From: Chiloscyllium plagiosum
Lineage: Eukaryota
Reading direction: 5' to 3'
NCBI RefSeq assembly: GCF_004010195.1
Contig: NC_057753.1
Location: forward strand, 7,108,696 to 7,142,210
Length of the DNA stretch: 33,515 nt
Of the stretch, positions 1 through 10,021 are shown one piece after another. How positions within the stretch are numbered: the first letter of the stretch is position 1; each line of letters opens with the position of its first letter. The notes under the pieces were generated by a model. The model did no database searches, was not told the origin of the DNA, and was given only the letters and a program-made list of their open reading frames with translations. The position numbers were made by a program, and so were the translations under genes.

Positions 1-532
1 GAGGAAGAGGTGGGGAGTGGTGTCGGTGTAATTACGGAAGATCAACTGCTGTACGTAGCCAACAAAGAGACAGGCATTGCTGGGGCCCATACGTGTGCCC
101 ATGGCTACCCGTTTGGTCTGGAGGAAGTGGGAGGATTCAAAGGAGAAATTGTTAAGGGTGAGGACCAGTTCGGCCAAACGAATGAGAGTGTCGGTGGAGG
201 GGTATTGTTGGGAACGTCTGGAGAGGAAAAACGGAGGACTTGGAGGCCCTGGTCATGGTGCATGGAGGTGTAGAGGGATTGTATATCCATGGTGAAGATG
301 AGGCGTTGGGGGCTGGGGAAACGGAAGTCTCGGAGGAGGTGGAGGGCGTGGGTGGTGTCTCGAACGTATGTGGGGAGTTCTGGACTAGGAGGGATAGGAC
401 AGTGTCGAGGTAGGTAGAGATGAGTTCAGTGGGGCAGGAGCACTGAGATGATGGTTTGGTGATGGGCGGTGGGGTCAAGGTCAAGGGGGCGGAAGGAAGA
501 GGTGTCCTCGAGTTGGCGTTTAGCTTCAGCGA
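1..532 (-). mobile_element. Penelope-like element reverse-transcriptase fragment (frameshifted, internally deleted)
   Basis: The reverse strand encodes IAEAKRQLEDTSSFRPLDLDPT, CSCPTELISTYLDTVLS, FTMDIQSLYTS and NNFSFESSHFLQTKRVAMGTRMGPSNACLFVGYV, which are PLE RT motifs. It is absent at the matching position of copy B (~20450). Confidence 0.88.
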
Positions 533-686
533 TGGCTGAAGATTGGGTTCCATAGATAGGGAAAGAGATGAAACCAGGGTCATGCAAAGAAACTGGTCGT
601 AAATAATATTGAAACAAAAACAGAAATCTGTGTTGGGACTCAGCAGAATGTGTCCGAATCTGTGGGGGGAAGACTGGTAACCCGCG

Positions 687-1122
687 TGAAAAAATATTCA
701 AATTAATGAATTGACAACAAAGGTGCTGGTTTGATTACCGTCTGTGCCTTACCATTTGGTATGTATGACACGTTCAGCAAATGGTTACCACATCCTGGTG
801 CAGTTCAGGCCAATGAAAAAATATTATACCGTCGCCTGAGCATTTCCTCCCCTGAGCTGACCACGAGCAGCGAGTTCGTGTGCCTCATGTAACACCTTCA
901 GTTTGAAAAAATATTCAAATTAATGAATTGACAACAAAGGTGCTGGTTTGTTTCTCGTCTGTGCCTTACCATTTGGTATGTATGACACGTTCAGCAAACG
1001 GTTACCACATCCTGGTGCAGTTCAGGCCAATGAAAAAATATTGTACCGTCGCCTGAGCATTTCCTACCCTGAGCTGACCACGAGTAGCGAGTTCGTGTGC
1101 CTCATGTAACACCTTCAGTTTG
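687..1122 (+). repeat. 217-bp direct tandem duplication (687..903 and 904..1120) inside the Gypsy integrase remnant
   Basis: Both copies start tgaaaaaatattcaaattaatgaattgacaacaaagg and end aacaccttcagtt with few mismatches. Copy B (~20617..20835) has only one unit. Confidence 0.95.
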
Positions 1123-3122
1123 TCTGCTCCCAGTGCTCTGGTGCACTTCGGCCCAATACCCTTCTGCACTAACCAGCCGTGATCTCCATTTCTGTCTTGG
1201 AATTCTGTATTCTAGATTACAACCTCCCAGAAAATGTTTTGCCTCCTTTCGTAGTACGCCTACACAAATAAAACTTTTCGTAATGTTGTCTTGCTACTGC
1301 ACGTCTCTTAGCTTTCCACGACGAAACACTCCCGTCTGATCCTCGGCCTGTTCAGGTTTTTCCTGCACCATTACGTCAATCAGGGTGTCTGCTAATTTAA
1401 CTTCAACTCCTTCATCTTACTCTACTTTTCGCTTCGTGGTGTTTCTTATGATAGTCAGATCTAATTGCTGCACAGTCTGGGAAAATACCAGGTTATTTCT
1501 ATTTTAACTCTTCAGTTTTTTGGACATTCTTGGGCGTTTCCACAACATGGGGTGTCACTCCCACATTGGATCTTGCCAAATCATTCCCAAGAACATACTG
1601 AAATCCTGAAACTGACACTCTGTCAATCACTCCCATTGGAATATCCTCAGACTTAAGTTGATATTCCAACCAGATCTTACATAGGGGAACGCTAAGTTTC
1701 AGTCCATCTATCCCACAGATTACACACTCATGGCTTACAAATCAATAAGACTGCGTGTTTGCTCATCTTTCACGATCAATTACTGATGAGAACCTGCATC
1801 TCTGAACATTAGGTTTTGTTTGTATTTCTTCCCCGTTCTTTCGGAAGAAACATGAGCCACAAAGGCGAAATCTTTTTTGAGATAAGGTACTAACTCCATA
1901 CTGAGCCATTGCCTAGACTGTGCTCTCTCCTGCAGCTCCTCGGCTCTTTTTGGGGTTATTTTAATACCTTCACGAATGTCTCTGGCTTAGCTTCGCTTAC
2001 CACATTTTTTTTTTCACAGCATCTTTCTTGACTGGGCAGCACTGCGAATTTACATGTCCAACTTTACCATAGTTGAAACACCTGATGTCTTACCCATCCT
2101 CTCGCTCCTATTGGGCATTATTTTAAAAATCTTGCCAGTGCTCTCCACTCTTGTTTAAGTATTTTAGGATCTCCCTTCTCCTAACTTCTATCCCTCACAG
2201 GTCGAAACTTTGTTCGCAAACTTGTTTTCTGAAGCAACGTGTATTCAGCTGCTAATTCTGCTGCCCTTCCCATTTCCTGAACTTTCTGTTACCCCACGTG
2301 AATTCTTACCAGTTTTAAAAGTGAGATTTTAAAATCATTCAGCCGAATAATCTTTCGGAGAGACTCAGTGGTCTTATCAATTTTTAAAGCAAGTACTCAC
2401 CGAGCAAAATGACCATATTTAATTCTTTGAAACTCAAGGTAAGTCTGACCTGTTTCCTTCGTTATGTTTGTGAACCATTGTGTGTATGCTTCCAATTCCA
2501 ATTGATGAACACTTAAAATAGACTGTTTAACCTCTTCCTAGCCCCTTGACACCTCATCTGACAGCGTGACAAGTACCTCACGAGCTGTGCCAAACAGGTG
2601 TATGTGAATTACCATTAGCCATAAATCTGCCGACCATTCTATCATCCGAGCGAAAGTTTCAAATGAAAGAAATAAAGGTTCAAAGTCTTCTGCATTAAAC
2701 CTTAGCAGCGTAGTGATATATTTACATATCACTGCCGATTTTTTTTAATCTTATCCTGTTAACTTGTCTTTGCTGACGAAGCCACAACTTCTCAAGTTCA
2801 AACTCTCGCTCTTTCTGTTTTTCCATTTCTTCTTTCCATTTTTTTCTCCCTTGCTTCTCTCTCCCTTTCTGTCTCCCTTTCTTCTCACTCTCTTTCTTTC
2901 TCCTGTTCTTCTCTCTCTCTCTCTCTTTGCTCAGCGAAGAACCTTCTCTCCATCCCTTTTCTCTCGCATTTGCTCTCTCTCTCTATCTTCTCATTCCACT
3001 TTCCTCAATTGTAATTTATGTTTATCTTCGTCTGCCGCTAATGTCCATTTCTCTGACACACCAAAGCAATTCCCTGACAATTTCATCATTACTTCCGTCC
3101 TCCGATAAATCCCAAACTACCT

Positions 3123-3478
3123 TCTGGTTGTAGGTTTGCTCGCTGAGATGGGAGTGTTTTTTTTTCAGACCTTTTGTCACCACACTATTTTGTAAATGAA
3201 GTTTCTTTTGCTTGCTTTTTGTATGGGTCTTCCAAGTTCATTAGCTGCTTTTTTTTGTAAAATACTTGGCAAAACCACTAAATATCACATTGGACCAACA
3301 GGAAGAAAACTAGCCACAAGGATACATGAACATCAACTTGCCACAAAAATGAGAAGAACCACTCTCATTAATATCTTTACATATATGTGAGAACGGGAAC
3401 CACTTCGACTGGGCCAACCACAGAAAATGATGTCACCGCAGAAAATAGCGTAGTCACAGGTAGTGACGACACCAACCG
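3123..3478. mobile_element. Penelope fragment with internal inversion (pLTR piece on -, GIY-YIG piece on +) inserted in the Gypsy gag, copy A
   Basis: The + strand encodes KYHIGPTGRKLATRIHEHQLATK (GIY-YIG). The - strand has a pLTR end (ggtgacaaaaggtctg...ctcagcgagcaaacctac). It ends in ~18-bp acaggaaatgacatcacc-like repeats. Confidence 0.78.
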
Positions 3479-3699
3479 GCTTTGGGTGATTTCCAACACG
3501 CATTCAGCACTCTACGTCATAGTGCAATACAAAACTAACCATAGTGGTAGTGGTATTAAAAGGAAATGGAAATGTGAAATTTGAGACCTGACATCAGGTC
3601 TCATTTCAACTCCATTATGCTCTTCACTCCAACTGACAAGTAAGTGATTAACTAGCAAAGTTCAGATATCTCTTGAGACGATGCAGCCTCCTTTCCAAG

Positions 3700-5490
3700 G
3701 GTATTCTGTCACTTTTTTTTATTTCAAAGTGTGCTTTAAAACAGAGGATCCATTATGTCTGGATAAATTTATTGAAAAATCGTTCAAGTTTTATGTAAAC
3801 ACTTGTACAACGAATAACGGAATGGCCAGTTCTCAAAGTTCAGTGCACGAATTAGTTTGGTTTTGGACAGCTGTCTTTCTTAATGTACTGTTCAAGCTTT
3901 AGATGGGAACGCAAAAAAGCAGCTGAGGACCGAGTGAAGCAATTTCATGCCGATTGCTGGTCCTTCTGACATCTTTCCTGCAAGAACCTGAGTTTGAAAG
4001 TCCCTTTTCGCCATAGGGAGTTATTGGGACGTTACAAGAAATTGAAAGTGCATCATTAAGTTGTGACAGAGTCGAATGAGTTCCAACTATTCACGCGATT
4101 CTAAATTTGACTTTCTTTTGTTTGTGCGTAAATAAATTGTGTTTTGTTGAAAACAGAATGTTTGAGCGAACTGCATCAGTCCCGGAATATCCATTACACA
4201 ACCGCTTAAAAAAACCAGAAATCTTTGGATCTGGGCTACCTTTTTGAACTGTTGTGAGGGGGTCTGACTGCTACATGAAGACTGGGGTACCATCGCTGGA
4301 TTTGCTTTCAGATTTTGATTTGGTATAAGGGTCGAAGGAATCAATATAGGCGAGTGGTCGCTGTTAGAGTCTATTGTGCTGGGCATTGCAGTCGTTTGTT
4401 TTAAGCAGTACTTGATGTAGTAATGGCTTCTTCAGTCCACAAGAGATTTATGGGGATGGAAAAACTGACTTTGTGATCTTTCCAAAATGCGATCAAAGAA
4501 AAGCCGCTGGAATTAGCAGTCAAGCTGGAGTTGAAGCTGCCTCCTTCCATGAGGAACGAAACGACAATTTCAGCATTTCAATTTGCATAAAACCCCATCA
4601 TAATCTTTAGATTTAGTGAAAAATTCAATTGAGAATGAAGCAGCTTGAGATACAGGCAAAAGGAAAGGAGCGAAAAAGACTTGAAACTGTATGAATGACG
4701 ATTAAGAGTCAAGTTAAGAGGGAAAAAAACCGAAATGTCCTTGCCGAATAAAAAAAGAAAGGTACACGGAGGAAAGGAAAGAAAGAGAAAGATAGCTTGA
4801 CTGTAGAAATTGACACTTAGACAGGAAAGTCAGCTTAAAAGAATGGTGATGAAGGCTGAAGGTAAGCTTAGTGTGAAAGAGAGGTGTATGAGCAAACCCA
4901 TGGCAGCAAAAGGCCTGTTGGGAATTTATTCAAATGTATTCAATCAGGGACTCCATTGGTCTAGAAGGATGGAGAAGCCTTTTTCCATCTCTTTTGACAT
5001 GGTGGCCAAAGAAATGAAGGGGACAGTGACCATGTGGATTTTGCTTGTCGATTTGAGCTGGTGAGCTACTTGCATCACTATCAGATGAGCTATTTGGGCC
5101 GTATGAGGTGGTGAAGACGGCAATTTTAGGAGCAAATCAGCTGTTACCAGAAACCTACAGGCAGCATTTCAGTAAGCTACGGAGGGACAATAGTCAAACC
5201 TACATTGATATTTAAAGGATAGAACGAAGTAATTTTGATAGGTGGATAATGGTATTAAAGATACAGCCAAACTATGACGATTTTAGAGACAATATTATTT
5301 TGCTGCAGTTCAAAAAATCACTTCCTGAAGTCGTGGGAAATCATGTTGAAGAGCTGAAAGTTAAAACGGAAAGATTAGCTGACGAAATGGCGGCTTGGTT
5401 GAATAATTAAATTTGGCTTCCAAGGTCGATTTCAATCTGTCAGGGACAGAAATAGGGCAAACAAACAATCCTAATGTAGCAACGGAAAGG
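3700..5490 (+). mobile_element. Second decayed Gmr1/SCAN-type Gypsy element: probable LTR (~3700..4281), PBS-like site (4283..4304) and gag remnant (~4420..5490), copy A
   Basis: Gag remnants AIKEKPLELAVKLELKLPPS, FSISFDMVAKEMKGTVTMWILL and FKKSLPEVVGNHVEELKVKT-RLADEMA. The sequence tggggtaccatcgctggatttg resembles a degenerate tRNA-Pro PBS. LTR limits are uncertain. Confidence 0.75.
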
Positions 5491-5494
5491 CCGA

Positions 5495-5803
5495 AGCATT
5501 AACTGTGTCAGCCCTGCCATTCCTTCTGTTGCCAAAACGAATGAAAGCATCTTTATCTAAATTAAACTCCATCTGCCACCCCTCAACTAATTGGCCAAAT
5601 TAGTCAGGCTTTCTTACTGACCATGAAGCCTAAATTCGCATCCGAATCGTTTACACAAAAGTCAAGCAACAGTGGTAACACCACCTATCCCACATCTGAT
5701 TACAGGCCACCAATCTCAAAAAAAAACAATTCCCACTTACCCCATTTTGTCTCCTACCGTCAAATCAAAATTCCATTCAATTGTCAAGCTCTCCTTGATT
5801 TCG
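5495..5803 (-). mobile_element. Degraded CR1 LINE RT fragment
   Basis: The reverse strand reads WQMEFNLDK-like (aaactccatctgccac). Its distal part is paralogous to ~26850..27035. Confidence 0.6.
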
Positions 5804-6178
5804 NNNNNNNNNNNNNNNNNNNNNNNNNNNNNNNNNNNNNNNNNNNNNNNNNNNNNNNNNNNNNNNNNNNNNNNNNNNNNNNNNNNNNNNNNNNNNNNNN
5901 NNNNNNNNNNNNNNNNNNNNNNNNNNNNNNNNNNNNNNNNNNNNNNNNNNNNNNNNNNNNNNNNNNNNNNNNNNNNNNNNNNNNNNNNNNNNNNNNNNNN
6001 NNNNNNNNNNNNNNNNNNNNNNNNNNNNNNNNNNNNNNNNNNNNNNNNNNNNNNNNNNNNNNNNNNNNNNNNNNNNNNNNNNNNNNNNNNNNNNNNNNNN
6101 NNNNNNNNNNNNNNNNNNNNNNNNNNNNNNNNNNNNNNNNNNNNNNNNNNNNNNNNNNNNNNNNNNNNNNNNNNNNNN
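5804..6178. other. Assembly gap (375 N)
   Basis: Run of N. Confidence 1.
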
Positions 6179-6632
6179 CTACTAAGGATAGCTGTTCGTG
6201 TCGTTTCGTGGCTAGTTGACATCAACTAGCCACGAAACGACACGATCAGCTATCCTTAGTAGCTACACACGCAGACAACAAGCAACATGAATTTGACTGG
6301 GACAACACTACTATCATAGGTCAAGCCAGACAGAGAACAGCCAGGGAATTCCTAGAGGCATGGCATTCATCCACAAACTCCATCAACAAACACATCGGCC
6401 TGGACCCAATATACCAACCACTACAGCGGACAGCTGAAACTGACCACCGGAAGCGGCACTGACACACCACTATAAACACCGGAGGAAACATCAAAGAAGC
6501 GCTTCGCAGGAGGATCCCAAGCACTGATGATGTCGCCTAGCCAGGGGACGAAACGTTTGCAACAAAAACGTCCAGCTCGGCGAACAGAACCACAACAACG
6601 AGCACCAGAGCTACAAATCTTCGCACAAACTT
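6179..6632 (+). mobile_element. Well-preserved Penelope 3' end: GIY-YIG C-terminus (6220..6462) plus pLTR, preceded by an inverted copy of its own start
   Basis: Open frame HQLATKRHDQLSLVATHADNKQHEFDWDNTTIIGQARQRTAREFLEAWHSSTNSINKHIGLDPIYQPL...TGA. 6179..6219 is the reverse complement of 6222..6262. It is absent from copy B. Confidence 0.9.
6521..6560 (+). ncRNA. Minimal type I hammerhead ribozyme motif in the Penelope pLTR
   Basis: GCA-CUGAUGA-U-GUCgCCU(agcc)AGGgGAC-GAAAC-GUU-UGC: both core boxes, helix II (6 of 7 pairs), the palindromic ACGU in place of helix III, and a 3-bp helix I (GCA/UGC). Confidence 0.78.
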
Positions 6633-7110
6633 TGATCAGATTTATGTTTAAAAGTGTGGAATATTTATCGGCAATGTTATGATAAGTTCGGATGTAGGTC
6701 ACTCACCGGGAGTAGCTCTGTGACAGCGCCACGGACAGCAAACGAATGCTATTCTTTGTATCTGCTTGTTTAAGGGTTGATAATCCGCTCCATCTATGAT
6801 TTCACCGAAAGCGAATCGCAAACAGCGCATTTGTATGTTCAACAAGACCTGCAGCATTTGAAGAACATGGTGCACTACAAGCTTAGTTTTAGGCAGTGAC
6901 AAAAACATGCTGGCATTGAAACAAACATTAGATTTTCGAATTTAGAGCAGACAATATTGTTGTCATGAATGAGAGTAAAGGGAACAAAAATTGTTTTCTC
7001 ATCATGTAACTGTGAAGTGTAACCATGTATTACAATCCAAGAGCATGAACGAAGACATTTATGACACGACTGAGGATGACGTTTTTCATTCGGAGAATGG
7101 TGAGCCTGAT

Positions 7111-7375
7111 TAGATTCTGGATTAGATTAGATTAGATTACAGTGTGGAAACAGGCCCTTCGGCCCAACAAGTCCACACCGACCCGCCGAAGCGCAACCCA
7201 CCCATACCCCTACATCTTTGGACTGTGGGAGGAAACCGGAGCACCCGGAGGAAACCCACGCAGACACGGGGAGAACGTGCAAACTCCACACAGTCAGTCG
7301 CCTGAGGCGGGAATTGAACCCGGGTCTCCGGCGCTGTGAGGCAGCAGTGCTAACCACTGTGCCACCGTGCCACCC
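7111..7375 (-). mobile_element. HE1-type tRNA-derived V-SINE (about 60-bp internal deletion), specific to copy A
   Basis: Head ggtggcacggtggcacagtggttagcactgctgcctcacagc, B box ggttcaattcc, V-domain tgcgtgggtttcctccgggtgctccggtttcctcccacag, (TCTAA)n tail. The empty site is at ~28461..28480 in copy B. Confidence 0.92.
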
Positions 7376-7589
7376 ACATTTACTGATCATTTACTGCTGC
7401 AGAGAATGGATGACGCCAAAACATTAAATGTTTCAAAACATAGCTCAGTGTATTTCTGAGGGCTTCAGGATTCAAATGTAGAGGGAGCAAGGGCAAGGGC
7501 ATAAACATTTGTGGGATTGATGGTCAGAAATAAACATTTTGAATGTCGAGTAGACTTGATCGTCTGAACGTACTGTGAACACAGAAAAG

Positions 7590-9780
7590 ATAGTATAGAA
7601 CAGTACTGCAGAGTACATGCCCTTCAGCCCTCTACGATGAGCTGAGCTTTCATCCCACTGTACAATCAAACTGATTGACGTACCCTTCATTTTGCGATCC
7701 TCCCTGTTCCTATACAAGAGTCGTTTAAACATCCGAAATGCATCTGACTCCATTACCACTGCTGGCAGTTCACTCCACGGACACATCACTTTCCGTGCAA
7801 AAGGAAGCTACTTCTGACATCTCACCAAAAATCTTTCGCCAATCAATGTAAGGTTATGCACACTCGTGATATCTATTTCTGTCTTGGGAAAAACTCTTGG
7901 GCTACACACTTTGTTTATGCCTCTGATCATCTCGTGCACACCCATCAAGTCATCTCTCATCCTTCTTCGCTCCAATGAGAAAAATTCTCGGTCCCTAAAA
8001 TATCTTCATCAGACATGCTCTCCAGTCGAGGCAGCATTTTAGTAAATTTAATCTGCAACTTCTCTACAGGGGCATATCCTTCCTATCACGAGGCGATCAG
8101 AACTGAAAACAATATTCCAGGTGTTCCATAATTAGTGTTACATTCAGCTGAAGCATAACATCGTGGCTCTTAAACTTAGTCCCCTGCCAATAAAAGACAC
8201 CAAAGCGTTCACTTTTGTTAAGAACCCGATCAACTTGAGTGGCATCTTTGAGGGATCCGTGTACATGAAACCCATAACCCCTCTGTGCCCAACACTGCCA
8301 AAATCCTGCCTTCAAACCTGTAACCTTCATTTAAATTCGAACTTCCAAAATGAATCACTTCTCCCTTTTTCAGTTTGATTGACATATTACACGAATCTGA
8401 AAGGGTCTGCTTCCTTTCAATATCCCATTGTCAAATCAAAACAGGTCACGACACTACCCACAACTCCACCACCTTTCTTGTTACCGGTAAACTTACTAAT
8501 CAACACTTCCACTTCCTCATCCCAGACATTTGTGAAAATCACAAAGAGCTGAGGACCCAGAACTAACCGCATTGTAATTCTCCATCCCCTAATTAAATAC
8601 AGTCCCATAATGTCTGCTTCTATCCCTCACCATGACTATTATAATGATCAAGAGTTTTGATCACTATCACCGAAATCTTCTCCAACTTAGAGATATGCCA
8701 CCTGACTTGACTCGTTTCCAAGCATTAAATCTATTGTGGCCTCCACTCTAATCGTCTTATCTCCACACTGAGTGAAGCATCCTTCACAGACACAGCTGAC
8801 AAAATTTGTTCCATTCAATTTATTTTCCCCAAGGAGGTGCTAATCAATATTAAGAAAGTTGATGTCAACCATTAGAACAACCCTGTTAATTTCGCCCCTT
8901 TCCAAAATCTGTCATCCAGTCTGCTCCTCCATTTATCTGTTGATATTGGGAAGCTGTGGAAAACTCCCAACAAATTGAGTGTTTATTTCCTTTTTCTGGC
9001 GTTCATCCATACCGACTCAATAAGAAAACTCTCGTCGACAACCTCCCTTACTGCAGCTGTGATACTACCTCTGATGAGCACTTCCACTCCAGTACATCTT
9101 TTCCTCCCTCCCTATTAATTTGAAGCATGTAAACTGCAGAACATCCAAAAACCATTCCTACTCCTGTGGTCTAAGTTCATCATCCATATCGATAACTCTT
9201 TTCTGTTAAGATAACATACTACAATCAAACACACTGACTACAACGTTGTCCTGTCAAGTGTTTATCCTCCCTCACAGACTCTGTTCTCGCTGTCACTGCC
9301 TGTTCACCAGATACCCCCAACCTCTCATACGTAGCTCCGGTTCCCATGCCCCTGCTGAACTAGTTTAAACCTTCCTGATAAACTATTGCAAACTTCCCGC
9401 CAAAGATACTGGTGCCCTCCGGTTCAGATGGAACACGTCCCACCTTACCCAGAAATTATCGCAATGACGAACATATCTGAAGCCCTCCCTCCAACACCAG
9501 CTCTGCAGCGAACTCTCTTCCGAGCCTCACGACCATCGTACATGTTGCAATCCTGACAGCGCTACTCTGCTTGTCCTGCATTTTAGCTTCTAAACTAACT
9601 GCCGATGTTATTTTTTTTCCCGTCCTAATCCTTTTCTAACTATGTCATTCTCATCGATGTTTACCACGACATCTGGCTGTTTACCTTTCTCGATAAGAGT
9701 CCTGTCAGCTCGATCCGAGACATCCCTGATCCTGGCACTGAAGTGTGAACACATTCTTGGGGAGTATTGTTCGCTCATGA
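7590..9780 (-). mobile_element. Old CR1 LINE (ORF1 esterase, APE and 3' RT remnants; large internal deletion), copy A
   Basis: SARIRDVSDR...QPDVVVNIDENDIVRKG (SGNH ORF1, 9608..9799); LVLGPQLFVIFTNVWDEEVEVLISKF (RT); MLQLNVTLIMEHLEYCFQF; 3' UTR with a gggctgaagggcatgtactctgc-type end. Confidence 0.85.
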
Positions 9781-10021
9781 CAATCCTACTTCTAAACATG
9801 TTCTGATATTCAATGTTTCTCTTTATGCACGATACATGAATGAACTTATCACTGAGTGTTTAGGTAACATGCCTGTTTGTGCAATCAACTAATTTAGAAA
9901 TTTGTCCTGTTCCTACTGGTCAATGAACTATTCTTTATTCAGTACCGCACAATAACCAGGATAGCAAGAAAATACCTTTTTTCGACTTTGTGCTTCTTAG
10001 AATTTACCCAGCATGAAGCTT

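Larger units (their letters stand above)
676..3690 (-). mobile_element. Decayed Gypsy LTR retrotransposon internal region (Gmr1-like: SCAN-type gag, CCHC, protease, then integrase Zn domain), copy A
   Basis: Reverse strand: E/R/K-rich coiled coil (2800-3000); RFNAEDFEPLFLSFETFARMIEW (gag, 2538..2732); CFNYGKVGHVNSQC knuckle (~2039..2081); FRDAGS protease-like site (~1795); LGNDLARSNVGVTPHVVE and PGIFPDC; then integrase H-H-C-C remnant (~700..1120). Many stops and frameshifts. Confidence 0.82.

Noticed and set aside
2764..3133. Hydrophobic F/L/S-rich ORFs resembling membrane proteins (also 22304..22543)
   Set aside because: They are the antisense reading of the purine-rich coiled-coil part of Gypsy gag.
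3705..4070. 8-bp inverted repeat tctgtcac...gtgacaga as LTR termini
   Set aside because: It is not conserved in the copy B paralog, and the PBS-like site lies ~210 bp further on; likely chance.
5623..6229. ORFs of 160-200 aa spanning the first gap (and 13970..14258 across the second)
   Set aside because: They are open only because N runs contain no stop codons.
7127..7427. ORFs overlapping SINEs (also 14711..15223), and SINE heads as tRNA genes
   Set aside because: These are recurrent spurious SINE translations; the heads have A/B boxes but continue into the V-domain and LINE tail without a full cloverleaf.
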